Positions 17,673-26,956 of a stretch of 56,259 bases of DNA are shown here, piece by piece. This DNA is from Pirellulales bacterium. GTDB lineage: Bacteria > Planctomycetota > Planctomycetia > Pirellulales > JAIMBC01. The notes beneath the pieces were generated by a model. That model had not been told where the DNA came from, did not search any database, and saw only the letters and a program-made list of their open reading frames with translations. The stretch covers positions 1 through 56,259 of the forward strand of contig JAIMBC010000003.1 in the NCBI GenBank assembly GCA_023511675.1, read 5' to 3'. Both the position numbers and the translations under genes were made by a program. Numbering within the stretch: position 1 is the stretch's first letter; the number at the start of each line of letters is the position of its first letter.

Positions 17673-20393
17673 TCAGCGAAGCAGTGCCGAGCTGCCAAGC
17701 CCTCCGCGCCTCTCCAGTTGCCGCCTTGCCGCCGGAAATGGCCGCTTTTGGCCCTCGATTCCCAGGCTTTCGACCGCCAGTTCGTCCAGCCAGGCTACGC
17801 CGTAGCCGGTCAGCGCAAAGGTGAGGTACATCTCTCCATTAGCAGGCGCCACGCGGTAGAGCACGAACGGCTGCCAGTCTTCCGCCGCGGCCACACGTTC
17901 GGCCATACCCAGGCCGCCCAGCGAATCGATGATCATCAGCCCATCAATGCTGCCCGTCACCGGCCCTTCCAGCCATACTCGGCCCCGAATGCGCAGCCAT
18001 TCGCCCTTCCTCACAGGTATGGCAGGAGACTCCACCCACACCGGGGCCGTCTCCACCAGATCGGGAGCAGGCACCCCTACCGCACGCTCCACTGCCAGGC
18101 GGACGGGGTGTACGCCATCCTCGGCATGCGCCGCTAGACGTGCTTCGGCCGCTACGCCGGGCAAGGCCACTGTAAAGCTCTGCCAGCCCGCCGCACGCAT
18201 CTCTTCCTCTTGTGCATGTGCTGCGGCCGGCAGCCGGTTGGGGCCCCAGGTACCGCCGGCTCGTGCCGTAACGGCTGCGGCCAGCGGCAGACCCGCGAAC
18301 GAGGCCAAGGCCGCGCTGCTGGCTGGCGTGCCCAACTCTTCCGACAGGGCCTCCCAGTGTGCACGCTCCAGTAGTCTCAACTCCCGCGCCGCAGATGTGG
18401 CAGCATGCAGAGCGGCGGACCAATCGCCTGCCTGCTGCAATGCGGTACACGACTCCAACAGCCGCTGCGCCTGGCCCAGGTGTGCCTCCGAGGCGCGCAG
18501 CCTTCGCCCCTGAGCCGCCAGGCGGCGATCGATGGCCAGGACTCGCTGCTGACGCCAGGCCGCCAGACTGCGGGTTAAATCAGCGCTGCGCCGCCCGAGC
18601 GCGGTAGCGCGGCGATGGAGGGCGCTGAGAATCGTCGCGTCGCTGGTGAGCAGCACCACGCCCGCCACATCGAGTTCTTGCAGCGTTACGTGCACACCGC
18701 CTGCTGCACGTTGCCGCTTCAGCGGCACGACGCCGCTCGGCGTAAGCTGGTAAGCCTCGTACGCCTCCGGCACGCCGGGAATGGTCAAGGTGATGCCCGT
18801 GGCAGAGGCACTGCCGCAGACGCATTGCGCGCCCCGCGCCAGCCACATGGGCAGCACTACCCAGACGCGGTCATTCTGTAACACGGGTGCCAGGATCTCT
18901 TGCTGGTCGCATTGCGCCACGCACGCCAAGCGGCTTCCGATCACCAGCGCCTCGAGCAGCTCTATTCGATGAAGCACCAGTGCCAGGGCGGCCGCCCGCG
19001 CCTGCGCCTCGGGACCCTGGCCATCCAGGCGTGAGTCGGACTGAAAGATCAGCCCCCGCACGCCAGCCGCCAGACAGACATGCACCAGCAACCCGAGCTG
19101 CTCCTCTCCCGGCACAGGCACGGCACTGCCCGGCTCGATGGCGGCCAATTGTTCCTCCAAGCCCGGCGCATAGGCCGTGGGGACATGCGCCCACCATGCG
19201 CTGGCGGCATCAGCCGTCTGGCAGAGCGCCCGCAGCCAGGCCGCCACGTCGCGCAGCTCGCAGGTGCTTCCCAAGATCAGCCGTTGCGCCCTGAGGATCT
19301 GGACGTACCGGCTCAGCTCTCGTGCGCCCGCCAAGGGCTCGGCCACCAACGGCCGTGGTGCGGGTGCATCGGCCTGGCGCAGCCTCCTGGCCTGGCGCGC
19401 CAGGCCGGGGACGTCTTGGGGTAGCAAACCGCCGCCCATCTCCCAGGCAAGCACGGGGCCGTAGTCGGATGTCTGCCCCGTAAACACGGCCTCCTCCAGC
19501 GCAGGCGGGGGACAAACCACCCACATTCCCTCGTGAGCAGCCTGGCGCAGCAGTTGTGCGTCAGGCGGGTCGTGCAGCCAAATGCCGTGAAAGCCCAACT
19601 GCTTGAGAAAGCCCAGAGACTCTCCGTGATACTCCGCTAATCGAGGAATGACCGGCCTGCCCTCTACGAGCAGCATTGTGCCCGCCAGTTCCACGGAGAG
19701 TCTAGGCAGGCTGGTCTTCACGGCTGCCGGCAAGGCGGCCTTGCCGTGCTGCGGCCTCGGCGGCCCGTGCAGCTCCAGATCATCCGTCCATATCGAAAGC
19801 TCCCCTGCCGCGGCCCGTACCAGCAGCACCACGCAGTCGAGATATGATTCCCTCTCGTCGATATTGCGGCGGTGCTCCAACCGCAAGCTGCGTACGCGGC
19901 GGCGGAGCGCCTCCGGCACCTGCTCCAGGCCGAGCTGCTGCCACTCGCCTGGAGTTTGATAACTTGTGCCCTCGATCAGGCAGGTAACGGGCTGGCCCGT
20001 GGCCGGGTCAAGGCTGCGAGGCAGCACGGCACGCACAGCCAGGGTTACCACGGGCTGGTCGCTACGCACCCATAGTGAGAGGCGGAGTTCGTCGACAATA
20101 GGCCACTGCCCCACCGGTAGTTCCAGCCGTAGTTCGCTCTGCTGCTGCCCCACGGACCAACGAAGCTGCTCGCAGCGCAGGCCGTTGTGCGCCAGCGCGA
20201 CGCTGCGAGTCTGGTTGATGAGGCGATAGCCTGCGGTATCTTTCGGCACCTGCCAGGCAGGCTGCTCGGACTCAAACCCCTCTACCCATTGTGCTTGCGC
20301 GGCTGCTGCCAGGGATAGCCCTGCCCAGGCCGCCGCCAGGAGCATCGAGCCGCCCGTCAAGGGGCGTGACGCGGCGCGCCGGTTCCCGCTCAT
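17673..20393 (-). CDS. Large exported hypothetical protein (planctomycete type)
   Basis: Long ORF with signal peptide MSGNRRAASR...LLAAAWAGLSLAAAAQA. N- and C-terminal regions resemble CBM-like beta-sandwiches (GEWQQL..., WQPFVLYR...LTGYGVAWLDEL) around an alpha/beta core. Start and domain calls are tentative. Confidence 0.65.
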   Translation of the reverse strand: MSGNRRAASRPLTGGSMLLAAAWAGLSLAAAAQAQWVEGFESEQPAWQVPKDTAGYRLINQTRSVALAHNGLRCEQLRWSVGQQQSELRLELPVGQWPIVDELRLSLWVRSDQPVVTLAVRAVLPRSLDPATGQPVTCLIEGTSYQTPGEWQQLGLEQVPEALRRRVRSLRLEHRRNIDERESYLDCVVLLVRAAAGELSIWTDDLELHGPPRPQHGKAALPAAVKTSLPRLSVELAGTMLLVEGRPVIPRLAEYHGESLGFLKQLGFHGIWLHDPPDAQLLRQAAHEGMWVVCPPPALEEAVFTGQTSDYGPVLAWEMGGGLLPQDVPGLARQARRLRQADAPAPRPLVAEPLAGARELSRYVQILRAQRLILGSTCELRDVAAWLRALCQTADAASAWWAHVPTAYAPGLEEQLAAIEPGSAVPVPGEEQLGLLVHVCLAAGVRGLIFQSDSRLDGQGPEAQARAAALALVLHRIELLEALVIGSRLACVAQCDQQEILAPVLQNDRVWVVLPMWLARGAQCVCGSASATGITLTIPGVPEAYEAYQLTPSGVVPLKRQRAAGGVHVTLQELDVAGVVLLTSDATILSALHRRATALGRRSADLTRSLAAWRQQRVLAIDRRLAAQGRRLRASEAHLGQAQRLLESCTALQQAGDWSAALHAATSAARELRLLERAHWEALSEELGTPASSAALASFAGLPLAAAVTARAGGTWGPNRLPAAAHAQEEEMRAAGWQSFTVALPGVAAEARLAAHAEDGVHPVRLAVERAVGVPAPDLVETAPVWVESPAIPVRKGEWLRIRGRVWLEGPVTGSIDGLMIIDSLGGLGMAERVAAAEDWQPFVLYRVAPANGEMYLTFALTGYGVAWLDELAVESLGIEGQKRPFPAARRQLERRGGLGSSALLR

Positions 20394-20979
20394 GCGAGAT
20401 CGGACTCGGTTTGAAGCCGCGGCCGCCTCTCCCGCTGCGGCGGGGGCCGCCATGCAGGGGGCAGCCGCATCTGCTGGGCGCACGGCGTGTCGGAGCAATG
20501 CAGCTATGATGGGCATATGCGTCGTTGATGAGGTGCCACCGCGCTGCGCGCGGCCGGGCGCGTGCAGGGCATGCACTACCGGCCGGGCAGACCGGCCCAC
20601 CTGCCCCCAGGAGCGCGGCCGAGGACTGGCTCAGACAGGCCCTGACGCGTCGCACACGGCCCGCGGACCTAGCCGCCGCAAATGGCAGCCAGGGGACCGC
20701 CCGCGGCGTTCTGCCGCGGCAGGGCAGGGGCTGCCGCGCGGCGCGGGTGGCAAGGCGCGCATGGCAAGGCGAGCTTGTATCACGGTTGGCGTTGGCGTTC
20801 CAGAGCGCCTTGTTGCCTGGTGGCAACGTGGCCTGCAAAACGACTGCGAGGGCCATCGGACTCAAGGTATTGGCGGGCAATGGTTTGCGAGACGCCGGCG
20901 GCATCCCGGACGTTTTGGCACTCGGGCTGCTTCCAGGGGCATGCAAGCATGTTGTCCCAGGACCTATTGAGGGCTAACC

Positions 20980-21258
20980 ATGAGTTTTCCGCCACAGGCA
21001 GGTGCTCACGAGCAACAGGAACTTCCACCGGAAGTCGCGGAGCTGGAGCGGGGTGTGTCGGCCTTGCCGCTGGAGTTTCGCGCCCGCTTGTATCCGCTGG
21101 TTTTGCAAGTTGCCGAGAGCACCCGCCGCCGCCGCCGCATTCTTAACCTGGTGCAAGAGGCGCTAGGCCAATTGCGTTTGGACATGAAGTACTTGATCTT
21201 CGACCTCGAGGCCACGCGGCGCGAGCGCGACGAGCTGCTGCGGCGGTTGGAGGGATAA
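20980..21258 (+). CDS. Small coiled-coil hypothetical protein
   Basis: 92 aa with RRRRILNLVQEALGQLRLDMKYLIFDLEATRRERDEL, which I recall as a conserved planctomycete motif. GAGGG RBS. Confidence 0.75.
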   Translation: MSFPPQAGAHEQQELPPEVAELERGVSALPLEFRARLYPLVLQVAESTRRRRRILNLVQEALGQLRLDMKYLIFDLEATRRERDELLRRLEG

Positions 21259-21468
21259 GAGCTGCACGTGGCGCGCCTCTCCTGGGGCAATGCGTGCGAA
21301 CGGCCGCGATCGACGGGCCGCTTCCGCCGGCTTGGGAGGCAACTGCTGCTGCGAGCCGTCCCGCAGGCAGGGCGCGAAGGAAATCGTTGCGAGCCTCGCA
21401 GGCTTCGTCTACGATACGGAAAACGGTAGCACGGGTACCTACGGGCCGCAGGATCCCACAGCGCACGA

Positions 21469-23004
21469 ATGCCGGAACTTACGTCCGAACAGCTCGCCCA
21501 GCGCGCCCTTGATCTGAACCTGCTCGACGACCGCCAGTTGCAGGAGGTGTGGAGCGGTTTCGGCCGCCGCAACGTGCCGGTACAGGAGTTCATCCAGGTG
21601 CTGCTGCGGCGCGAGTTGATGACCAACTTTCAACTCGAGCGCCTGCTCAAGGGGGAGCGTGCCGGCTTCTTTTACGGCGATTACAAGGTGCTCTATCTGG
21701 TGGCGGGGGGAACGTTTGCGCGGGTGTACCGCGCGGCCCATAAGGAAACGGGCGTGGTACGGGCGCTGAAGGTGCTCCGCAAGCGGTACAGCGATGATCC
21801 CCAGCAGACGGAGCACTTTTGCCGGGAGGGCATGGTGGGCATGACGCTGCGCCACCCGAACATCGTGCCCATCTTCGAGGTCTATTCCAAGGGGCTGACC
21901 CACTTTCTGGTGATGGAGTTTGTCGAAGGGCACAACCTCCGCGAGTTCCTGCGCATTCGCAAGCGCATTGCCCCGGCCGAAGCCACCCGTCTAGCATTAG
22001 ACATGGCAGCAGCGCTGAAGCATGCCCTGGACCACGGCGTATGCCACCGCGACATGAAATTGACCAACGTGCTGATCTCCAGCCGCGGGCAGGCCAAGCT
22101 GGTCGATTTTGGCCTGGCGTCCACCGACGCTAACCTTACTGATGAATCGCTGGGAGAGCGGATCAACGCCCGCACCATCGACTACGCCGGGCTGGAGCGT
22201 GCCACGGGTGTTCGCAAGGATGATCTGCGCAGCGACATCTACTTCCTGGGCGTGATGTACTACCACATGCTGGTGGGCCGCTCCCCGCTGGTAGAGACGC
22301 GGGATCGCATCACCCGGCTGTCGCGTTCGCGCTACACGGATGTGGTGCCGATCCACCAGGCCGATCCGACGGTGCCTCGCGTGGTGGCGGCGGTGGTGAA
22401 CAAGGCCATGCACCTGGATCCGGAGCGCCGCTATCAGACGCCCGGGGAGCTGCTCACAGACCTGCATGATGCCTACGAGCGTTTGAGCCGTGGGGAGCAT
22501 GAGGCGGCCTCGCCGGCCGAGTTCGAATCAGGGGTTCCCACGGGATGGGCCCCGGCGCCGGTTCCAGCAGCGGCCAGTTCTCGGTCGGCGCGCTCGGTGA
22601 TGTTTGTGGAGTCGAATCCGAGATTTCAGGACCTGCTGCGTTCTGCTTTCAAGAAGGCAGGCTATCGAGTGCTGGTGACAAGCGACCCGCAGCGGGCGTT
22701 GGCCCGTTTTGAGGAGGAAAAGCTGCCCGCGGCGGCGGTGGTGTTCAGTGCCAGCCAACTGGGCGAGTCGGCGGTGGAGGCATTTCGCGCCTTTGCCACG
22801 GGAGAACGCACGCGAGAGCTTCCGGCCATCCTGTTGGCGGAAGGGGATACCAAGCAGCTTGCCTCGCGGTTGCAGGCGGAGTTGGCGGCACACCGGCAAC
22901 TGCTGTCAATGCCGATCAAGACCACGCACCTGCAACAGGCGCTGGACAAACTGCTGGAGCAGACCGCGCACGCCGCAGTGCCACAGCAGGAGGGGCAGGG
23001 CTAG
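21469..23004 (+). CDS. Hanks-type Ser/Thr protein kinase with C-terminal receiver-like domain
   Basis: ALKVL, HPNIV, HRDMKLTN, DFG and DIYFLG motifs. The C-terminal region VMFVESNP...KKAGYRV...PAILL...MPI has a CheY-like pattern. Confidence 0.9.
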   Translation: MPELTSEQLAQRALDLNLLDDRQLQEVWSGFGRRNVPVQEFIQVLLRRELMTNFQLERLLKGERAGFFYGDYKVLYLVAGGTFARVYRAAHKETGVVRALKVLRKRYSDDPQQTEHFCREGMVGMTLRHPNIVPIFEVYSKGLTHFLVMEFVEGHNLREFLRIRKRIAPAEATRLALDMAAALKHALDHGVCHRDMKLTNVLISSRGQAKLVDFGLASTDANLTDESLGERINARTIDYAGLERATGVRKDDLRSDIYFLGVMYYHMLVGRSPLVETRDRITRLSRSRYTDVVPIHQADPTVPRVVAAVVNKAMHLDPERRYQTPGELLTDLHDAYERLSRGEHEAASPAEFESGVPTGWAPAPVPAAASSRSARSVMFVESNPRFQDLLRSAFKKAGYRVLVTSDPQRALARFEEEKLPAAAVVFSASQLGESAVEAFRAFATGERTRELPAILLAEGDTKQLASRLQAELAAHRQLLSMPIKTTHLQQALDKLLEQTAHAAVPQQEGQG

Positions 23005-23101
23005 CAGCCCTTCTGCCCTGGTCAAGGCCGCCGGCTCTTACGGAGGCTGGCCCGCGCGAGGTACAATTGCGGGGAGCTGGTGCCTGTTGTCTTTGTCCCT
23101 C

Positions 23102-23548
23102 ATGATTGGCATTACCGACCGGCAGATCGACGTAACGCAGTTGCTGTGCGAGGTGCAGTCGCCCGCGGCGGGTGCCGTGGTGCTGTTCCTGGGGACGGCG
23201 CGGGAGCAGACCGGCGGCCGGGCCACGGCCTCGCTGGACTACGAGTGTTACGGCGAGATGGCGGAGAAGAAGCTGCGGGAACTGGCAGAGGAGGCACGTC
23301 GCCGCTGGCCGCTGGTGGGGTGTGCCCTGGTCCACCGCGTGGGCCGCGTAGAACTGGGAGAGGCGAGCGTGGCGGTGGCCGTCAGCAGTCCGCACCGCCA
23401 GGCGGCGTTCGAAGCGGGCCAGTGGCTGATCGAGACATTGAAAGCGGTGGTACCCATCTGGAAGCGCGAGAACTGGGCCGACGGCACCAGCGAATGGGTC
23501 CACCCGGCCGGGCAGTCTGATGCATGGGGTGCGCGGGGTGGTCCATGA
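23102..23548 (+). CDS. moaE: Molybdopterin synthase catalytic subunit
   Basis: GAVVLFLGTAR, LDYECYGEMA, HRVGRVELGEASV.VAVSSPHR, LKAVVPIWKRE. ATG at 23102. Confidence 0.93.
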   Translation: MIGITDRQIDVTQLLCEVQSPAAGAVVLFLGTAREQTGGRATASLDYECYGEMAEKKLRELAEEARRRWPLVGCALVHRVGRVELGEASVAVAVSSPHRQAAFEAGQWLIETLKAVVPIWKRENWADGTSEWVHPAGQSDAWGARGGP

Positions 23549-24579
23549 GCCAGAATGCCGCGCTTGCGCCCCATGCCTCGGTGTGGGAGGGACCCCTGCT
23601 CGACGGCTTTGGCCGCCTGCACACCGATTTGCGGATCAGCGTCACGGACCGCTGTAACATCCGTTGCTTCTACTGCATGCCGGCCGAGAACGTGCAGTTC
23701 AGGCCGCGCGAGGAACTGCTCAGCTTCGAAGAGATCGCGCGGTTTGTATGCGTCGCGGTACGGCTGGGGATCAACAAGTTGCGGCTCACCGGCGGCGAGC
23801 CGCTGGTGCGGCACGATCTCCACAAGCTGGTGGCCCTGCTGGCGGGCATCCCGGGCGTGCGAGATCTGGCTCTGACCACCAACGGCATGCTGCTGGCCGA
23901 ACAGGCCGAGGCACTGCGCCGCGCCGGTCTGCGGCGGCTGAATATCAGCCTCGATACGCTGTCGCCCAGCGCCTTCCGCCAGATCGCGCGGCGAGATGGT
24001 TTGGAGCGGGTGCTGGAGGGCATCGCGGCCGCGCAGCGCGTGGGGTTCGACTCGATCAAGCTGAATGCCATGGCGATCCGCGGCATCACCGAGGCCGAGG
24101 TGGTGCCCTTGGCACGCTTCGCACGGCAGCGCCAGTTGGAGCTGCGGTTTATTGAGTTCATGCCGCTCGATGCCGAAGGTCGTTGGCAATCAGACCAGGT
24201 GCTCTCGGGAGCGGAGATTCTGCAATTGCTCGAAGCAGAGTTCGGGCGGCTGGTCCCCGTACCGCCCAAACAGCCCGGACAGCCGGCCAGCGATTACCGC
24301 TATCAAGATGGCGGCGGACTGGTGGGGTTTATCAACCCCGTGACGCAGCCCTTCTGCCACGATTGCAACCGCCTGCGTTTGACAGCGGAGGGGCAGGTGC
24401 GCAATTGCCTGTTTTCTACAGTCGAGTGGGATGCTCGGGCATTGCTCCGCGGCAACGGCAGCGACGCCGATCTGGCATGGTTGATACGCCAGTGCGTGGC
24501 AGCCAAGAAGGCGGGCCACGGCATCAACAGCGAAGAGTTCGTTCGCCCCCAGCGAGCGATGTATCAGATAGGCGGCTAG
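23545..24579 (+). CDS. moaA: GTP 3',8-cyclase (radical SAM)
   Basis: LRISVTDRCNIRCFYCMP (CxxxCxxC), LTGGEP, C-terminal FCHDCNRLRLT...CL and terminal IGG. ATGA overlap with moaE. Confidence 0.96.
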   Translation: MSQNAALAPHASVWEGPLLDGFGRLHTDLRISVTDRCNIRCFYCMPAENVQFRPREELLSFEEIARFVCVAVRLGINKLRLTGGEPLVRHDLHKLVALLAGIPGVRDLALTTNGMLLAEQAEALRRAGLRRLNISLDTLSPSAFRQIARRDGLERVLEGIAAAQRVGFDSIKLNAMAIRGITEAEVVPLARFARQRQLELRFIEFMPLDAEGRWQSDQVLSGAEILQLLEAEFGRLVPVPPKQPGQPASDYRYQDGGGLVGFINPVTQPFCHDCNRLRLTAEGQVRNCLFSTVEWDARALLRGNGSDADLAWLIRQCVAAKKAGHGINSEEFVRPQRAMYQIGG

Positions 24580-24584
24580 CCGAC

Positions 24585-25760
24585 GTGGCGCGGATCTACC
24601 TTGATAACGCCGCCACCAGTTGGCCCAAGCCACCGGCCGTGTACGAAGCCGTGGAGCACGCGCTGCGCACCGTTGGTGCCGCAGCGGGGCGTGCGGCCTA
24701 TCGAGAGGCCATCGAGGCCGATGCCCTCGTTGCCGACGCACGCCGCCAGATTGCTACCCTGCTGGGCATTGCTCAGCCCCATCAGGTGGTGTTCACCTTC
24801 AATGGCACCGACAGCCTGAACCTGGCCCTGCACGGCCTTTTGGCCCGAGGCGGCCGCGTGGTGACCACCGCCGCCGAACACAACTCTGTACTCCGCCCCT
24901 TGCGCCGGCTGGAAGAGCAGGGCCAGATCTCCGTTGCCCGCGTGCCCGTCAGCAACGCGGGAGTGGTCGATCCCGACGATGTTCGCCGGGCCCTGGCAGA
25001 CGGTGCGCGGCTGCTGGCTGTTACCCATGCCTCCAACGTAACGGGCGCGATTCAACCCGTTGCTGAGCTGGCGCGCCTCGCACACCAGTGCGGCGCCCTG
25101 GTACTGGTAGACGCCGCCCAGACCGCGGGAGAATTGCCGCTGGATGTTACCGCGCTGGATTGCGACCTGCTGGCCGCCCCAGGGCACAAGGGCCTGTTGG
25201 GGCCCCTGGGCACGGGCGTGCTGTACGTTCGGCCGGAGCTGGAGCGCGAGCTGGAAAGCTTCAGGCAGGGGGGAACCGGCAGCGAAAGCTGGCAGGACCG
25301 CCAGCCCGAAACCCTGCCGGACAAGTTCGAAAGCGGCAACCTCAACGTGCCGGGGCTGGCTGGGCTGGGTGCCGCCGCCGGCTGGCTGCTGCGTCGCGGC
25401 GTGGCCAGTATTGTGGAACACGCGCGGCGCCTGAGCCAGCGCCTCTATGAGGGGCTTGCCGGCATCGATGGCATTCGCCTGTTCGGCCCAAGCGATCCGG
25501 CTGCGCGCGTGGGCATTGTCAGCATCGCACTGGATCAACTCGATCCCCAGACCGCGGCGGCGGCACTCGACACGGCTTTTGGAATCCAAACGCGTGCTGG
25601 CCTGCACTGCGCCCCGCTCATGCACGCGGCCTTGGGAACGCTGCACGCTGGCGGCACGCTGCGCTTCAGTGTGGGCCCCTTCAATACCGATGAGGACATT
25701 GCCCTCACCCTCGCTGCCATGGAACAATTGGCCGGCAAGATGCTCAAGGTGGGAACATGA
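24585..25760 (+). CDS. Cysteine desulfurase family protein (class V aminotransferase, group II-like)
   Basis: IYLDNAATSWPKP, EHNSV, DAAQTAG, PGHKGLLGP (PLP Lys) and RAGLHCAP (catalytic Cys). GTG start 5 nt after the moaA stop. Confidence 0.9.
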   Translation: MARIYLDNAATSWPKPPAVYEAVEHALRTVGAAAGRAAYREAIEADALVADARRQIATLLGIAQPHQVVFTFNGTDSLNLALHGLLARGGRVVTTAAEHNSVLRPLRRLEEQGQISVARVPVSNAGVVDPDDVRRALADGARLLAVTHASNVTGAIQPVAELARLAHQCGALVLVDAAQTAGELPLDVTALDCDLLAAPGHKGLLGPLGTGVLYVRPELERELESFRQGGTGSESWQDRQPETLPDKFESGNLNVPGLAGLGAAAGWLLRRGVASIVEHARRLSQRLYEGLAGIDGIRLFGPSDPAARVGIVSIALDQLDPQTAAAALDTAFGIQTRAGLHCAPLMHAALGTLHAGGTLRFSVGPFNTDEDIALTLAAMEQLAGKMLKVGT

Positions 25761-26173
25761 AACAGCCCCTCTGGTTCGCGGACGGCCTGCGTTTCTCGTG
25801 CACGCAGTGCGGCAACTGCTGCACCGGCGCGCCAGGTTATGTGTGGGTCACCGACCAGGAGGTGGCCGCGCTGGCCGCCCGGCTCGGCCTCGGCGTCGGG
25901 GAGTTCGAAGCCCAGTATGTCCGCCTCGTGAACGGACAGAAAAGCCTGATCGAGCTACCCAACGGCGATTGCATCTTCTTCGACAGCCAGACGCGCCTCT
26001 GCACCGTGTACGAAGACCGGCCGCAACAGTGCCGCACCTGGCCCTTCTGGCACTCCAACATCCGCTCGCCGGCGGCCTGGCAATATACGTGCAGCGTTTG
26101 CCCTGGTGCCGGCCGTGGACAGTTGTATTCCGCTGCCGAGGTGCTCGAGCGAGCTGAACGCATCAAACTCTAG
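25757..26173 (+). CDS. YkgJ-family cysteine-cluster (CxxCxxCC) protein
   Basis: FSCTQCGNCC, DCIFF, LCTVYEDRPQQCRTWPFW and CPG. ATGA overlap with the upstream gene. Confidence 0.9.
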   Translation: MKQPLWFADGLRFSCTQCGNCCTGAPGYVWVTDQEVAALAARLGLGVGEFEAQYVRLVNGQKSLIELPNGDCIFFDSQTRLCTVYEDRPQQCRTWPFWHSNIRSPAAWQYTCSVCPGAGRGQLYSAAEVLERAERIKL

Positions 26174-26709
26174 CCGGCCATGACTCGTCGGACAATCGTG
26201 CCACGGCGCGGCGTCTCCTGCTCCAAGACGGCCAGGACTTGCCAGGCAGGGTGGTCGCACCCACGCATTGCATAAGGATGCCGTGCGCCATCCCGACCAC
26301 GCGTGTGCCATCGAGTGAGAATGGCTGAAAGCCCTCTAGCAGGGCTGCCAGGGCCGCTCTCATCTGGCGGATTGCCTCGGGCAGATCTCTGGCACTCTCA
26401 TGGCCGAGCCTCGCAGTCACCTCCGGCTCCGTGGCGTTGAGATTGTCATAGACGGCGGCGAGGGATGCCCCCACTCGGCCACGCGGCGGTCGATCGCTGG
26501 CGTTCATGGACTTGTGGAACCCAAGCGGGAAATGTCCATTAGCCCCCAACCGTAGACAACAGCCACGCCGTGCGAATTGGCGGCTGCCGTATCTGCCGAG
26601 AAGCAGATCGAGACTTGCCTCATCAAACACGCGCTGGAGCACCGCCTTGCACGGGAACCCCAGCAGACGAGGACCGGATAAATTCCGAAACGATCGGTCG
26701 GTAGGGCAT
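26170..26709 (-). pseudogene. Degenerate IS4-family-like transposase remnant (5' part, several frameshifts)
   Basis: AGGAGG then ATG at 26709. Fragments across frames: MPYRPIVSEFIRSS / AVLQRVFDEASLDLL..RYGSRQFAR / LLSTV / GASLAAVYDNLNATEPEVTARL / LEGFQPFSLDG / LPGKS / VLAVLE. These resemble, from memory, the N-terminus of planctomycete IS4 transposases. No C-terminal DDE part is present. Confidence 0.6.
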
Positions 26710-26898
26710 CCTTGCCTCCTCGCTGGCGAACTTTATCTTCCGAGTTCCGTCGGCTTGCGTAGCCGCATATGAACAACACGCTTGCTACCATGGCAGCATT
26801 GCTTGCGCAGCCCCAGCTTCCGCCGTCTGCCGATGGTTGGCCGCGCGACAGGCCCGCATGCTGCCTCGGCAAGGCACGCCCTCCGCGCGCCACCCTCC

Positions 26899-26948
26899 AC
26901 GCGTCAGCCCTTGACGCGCCAGCCCTTGACGCGTCAGCCCTTGACGCG
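26899..26948. repeat. 15-bp tandem repeat ACGCG(T/C)CAGCCCTTG, about 3.3 copies
   Basis: Copies at 26899-26913, 26914-26928 and 26929-26943, then a partial ACGCG. Confidence 0.9.
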
Positions 26949-26956
26949 GCAACTTT

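Noticed and set aside
23005-23101. Moco riboswitch upstream of moaE
   Set aside because: Only about 97 nt with one hairpin and a TACAAT box; no recognisable multi-stem motif.
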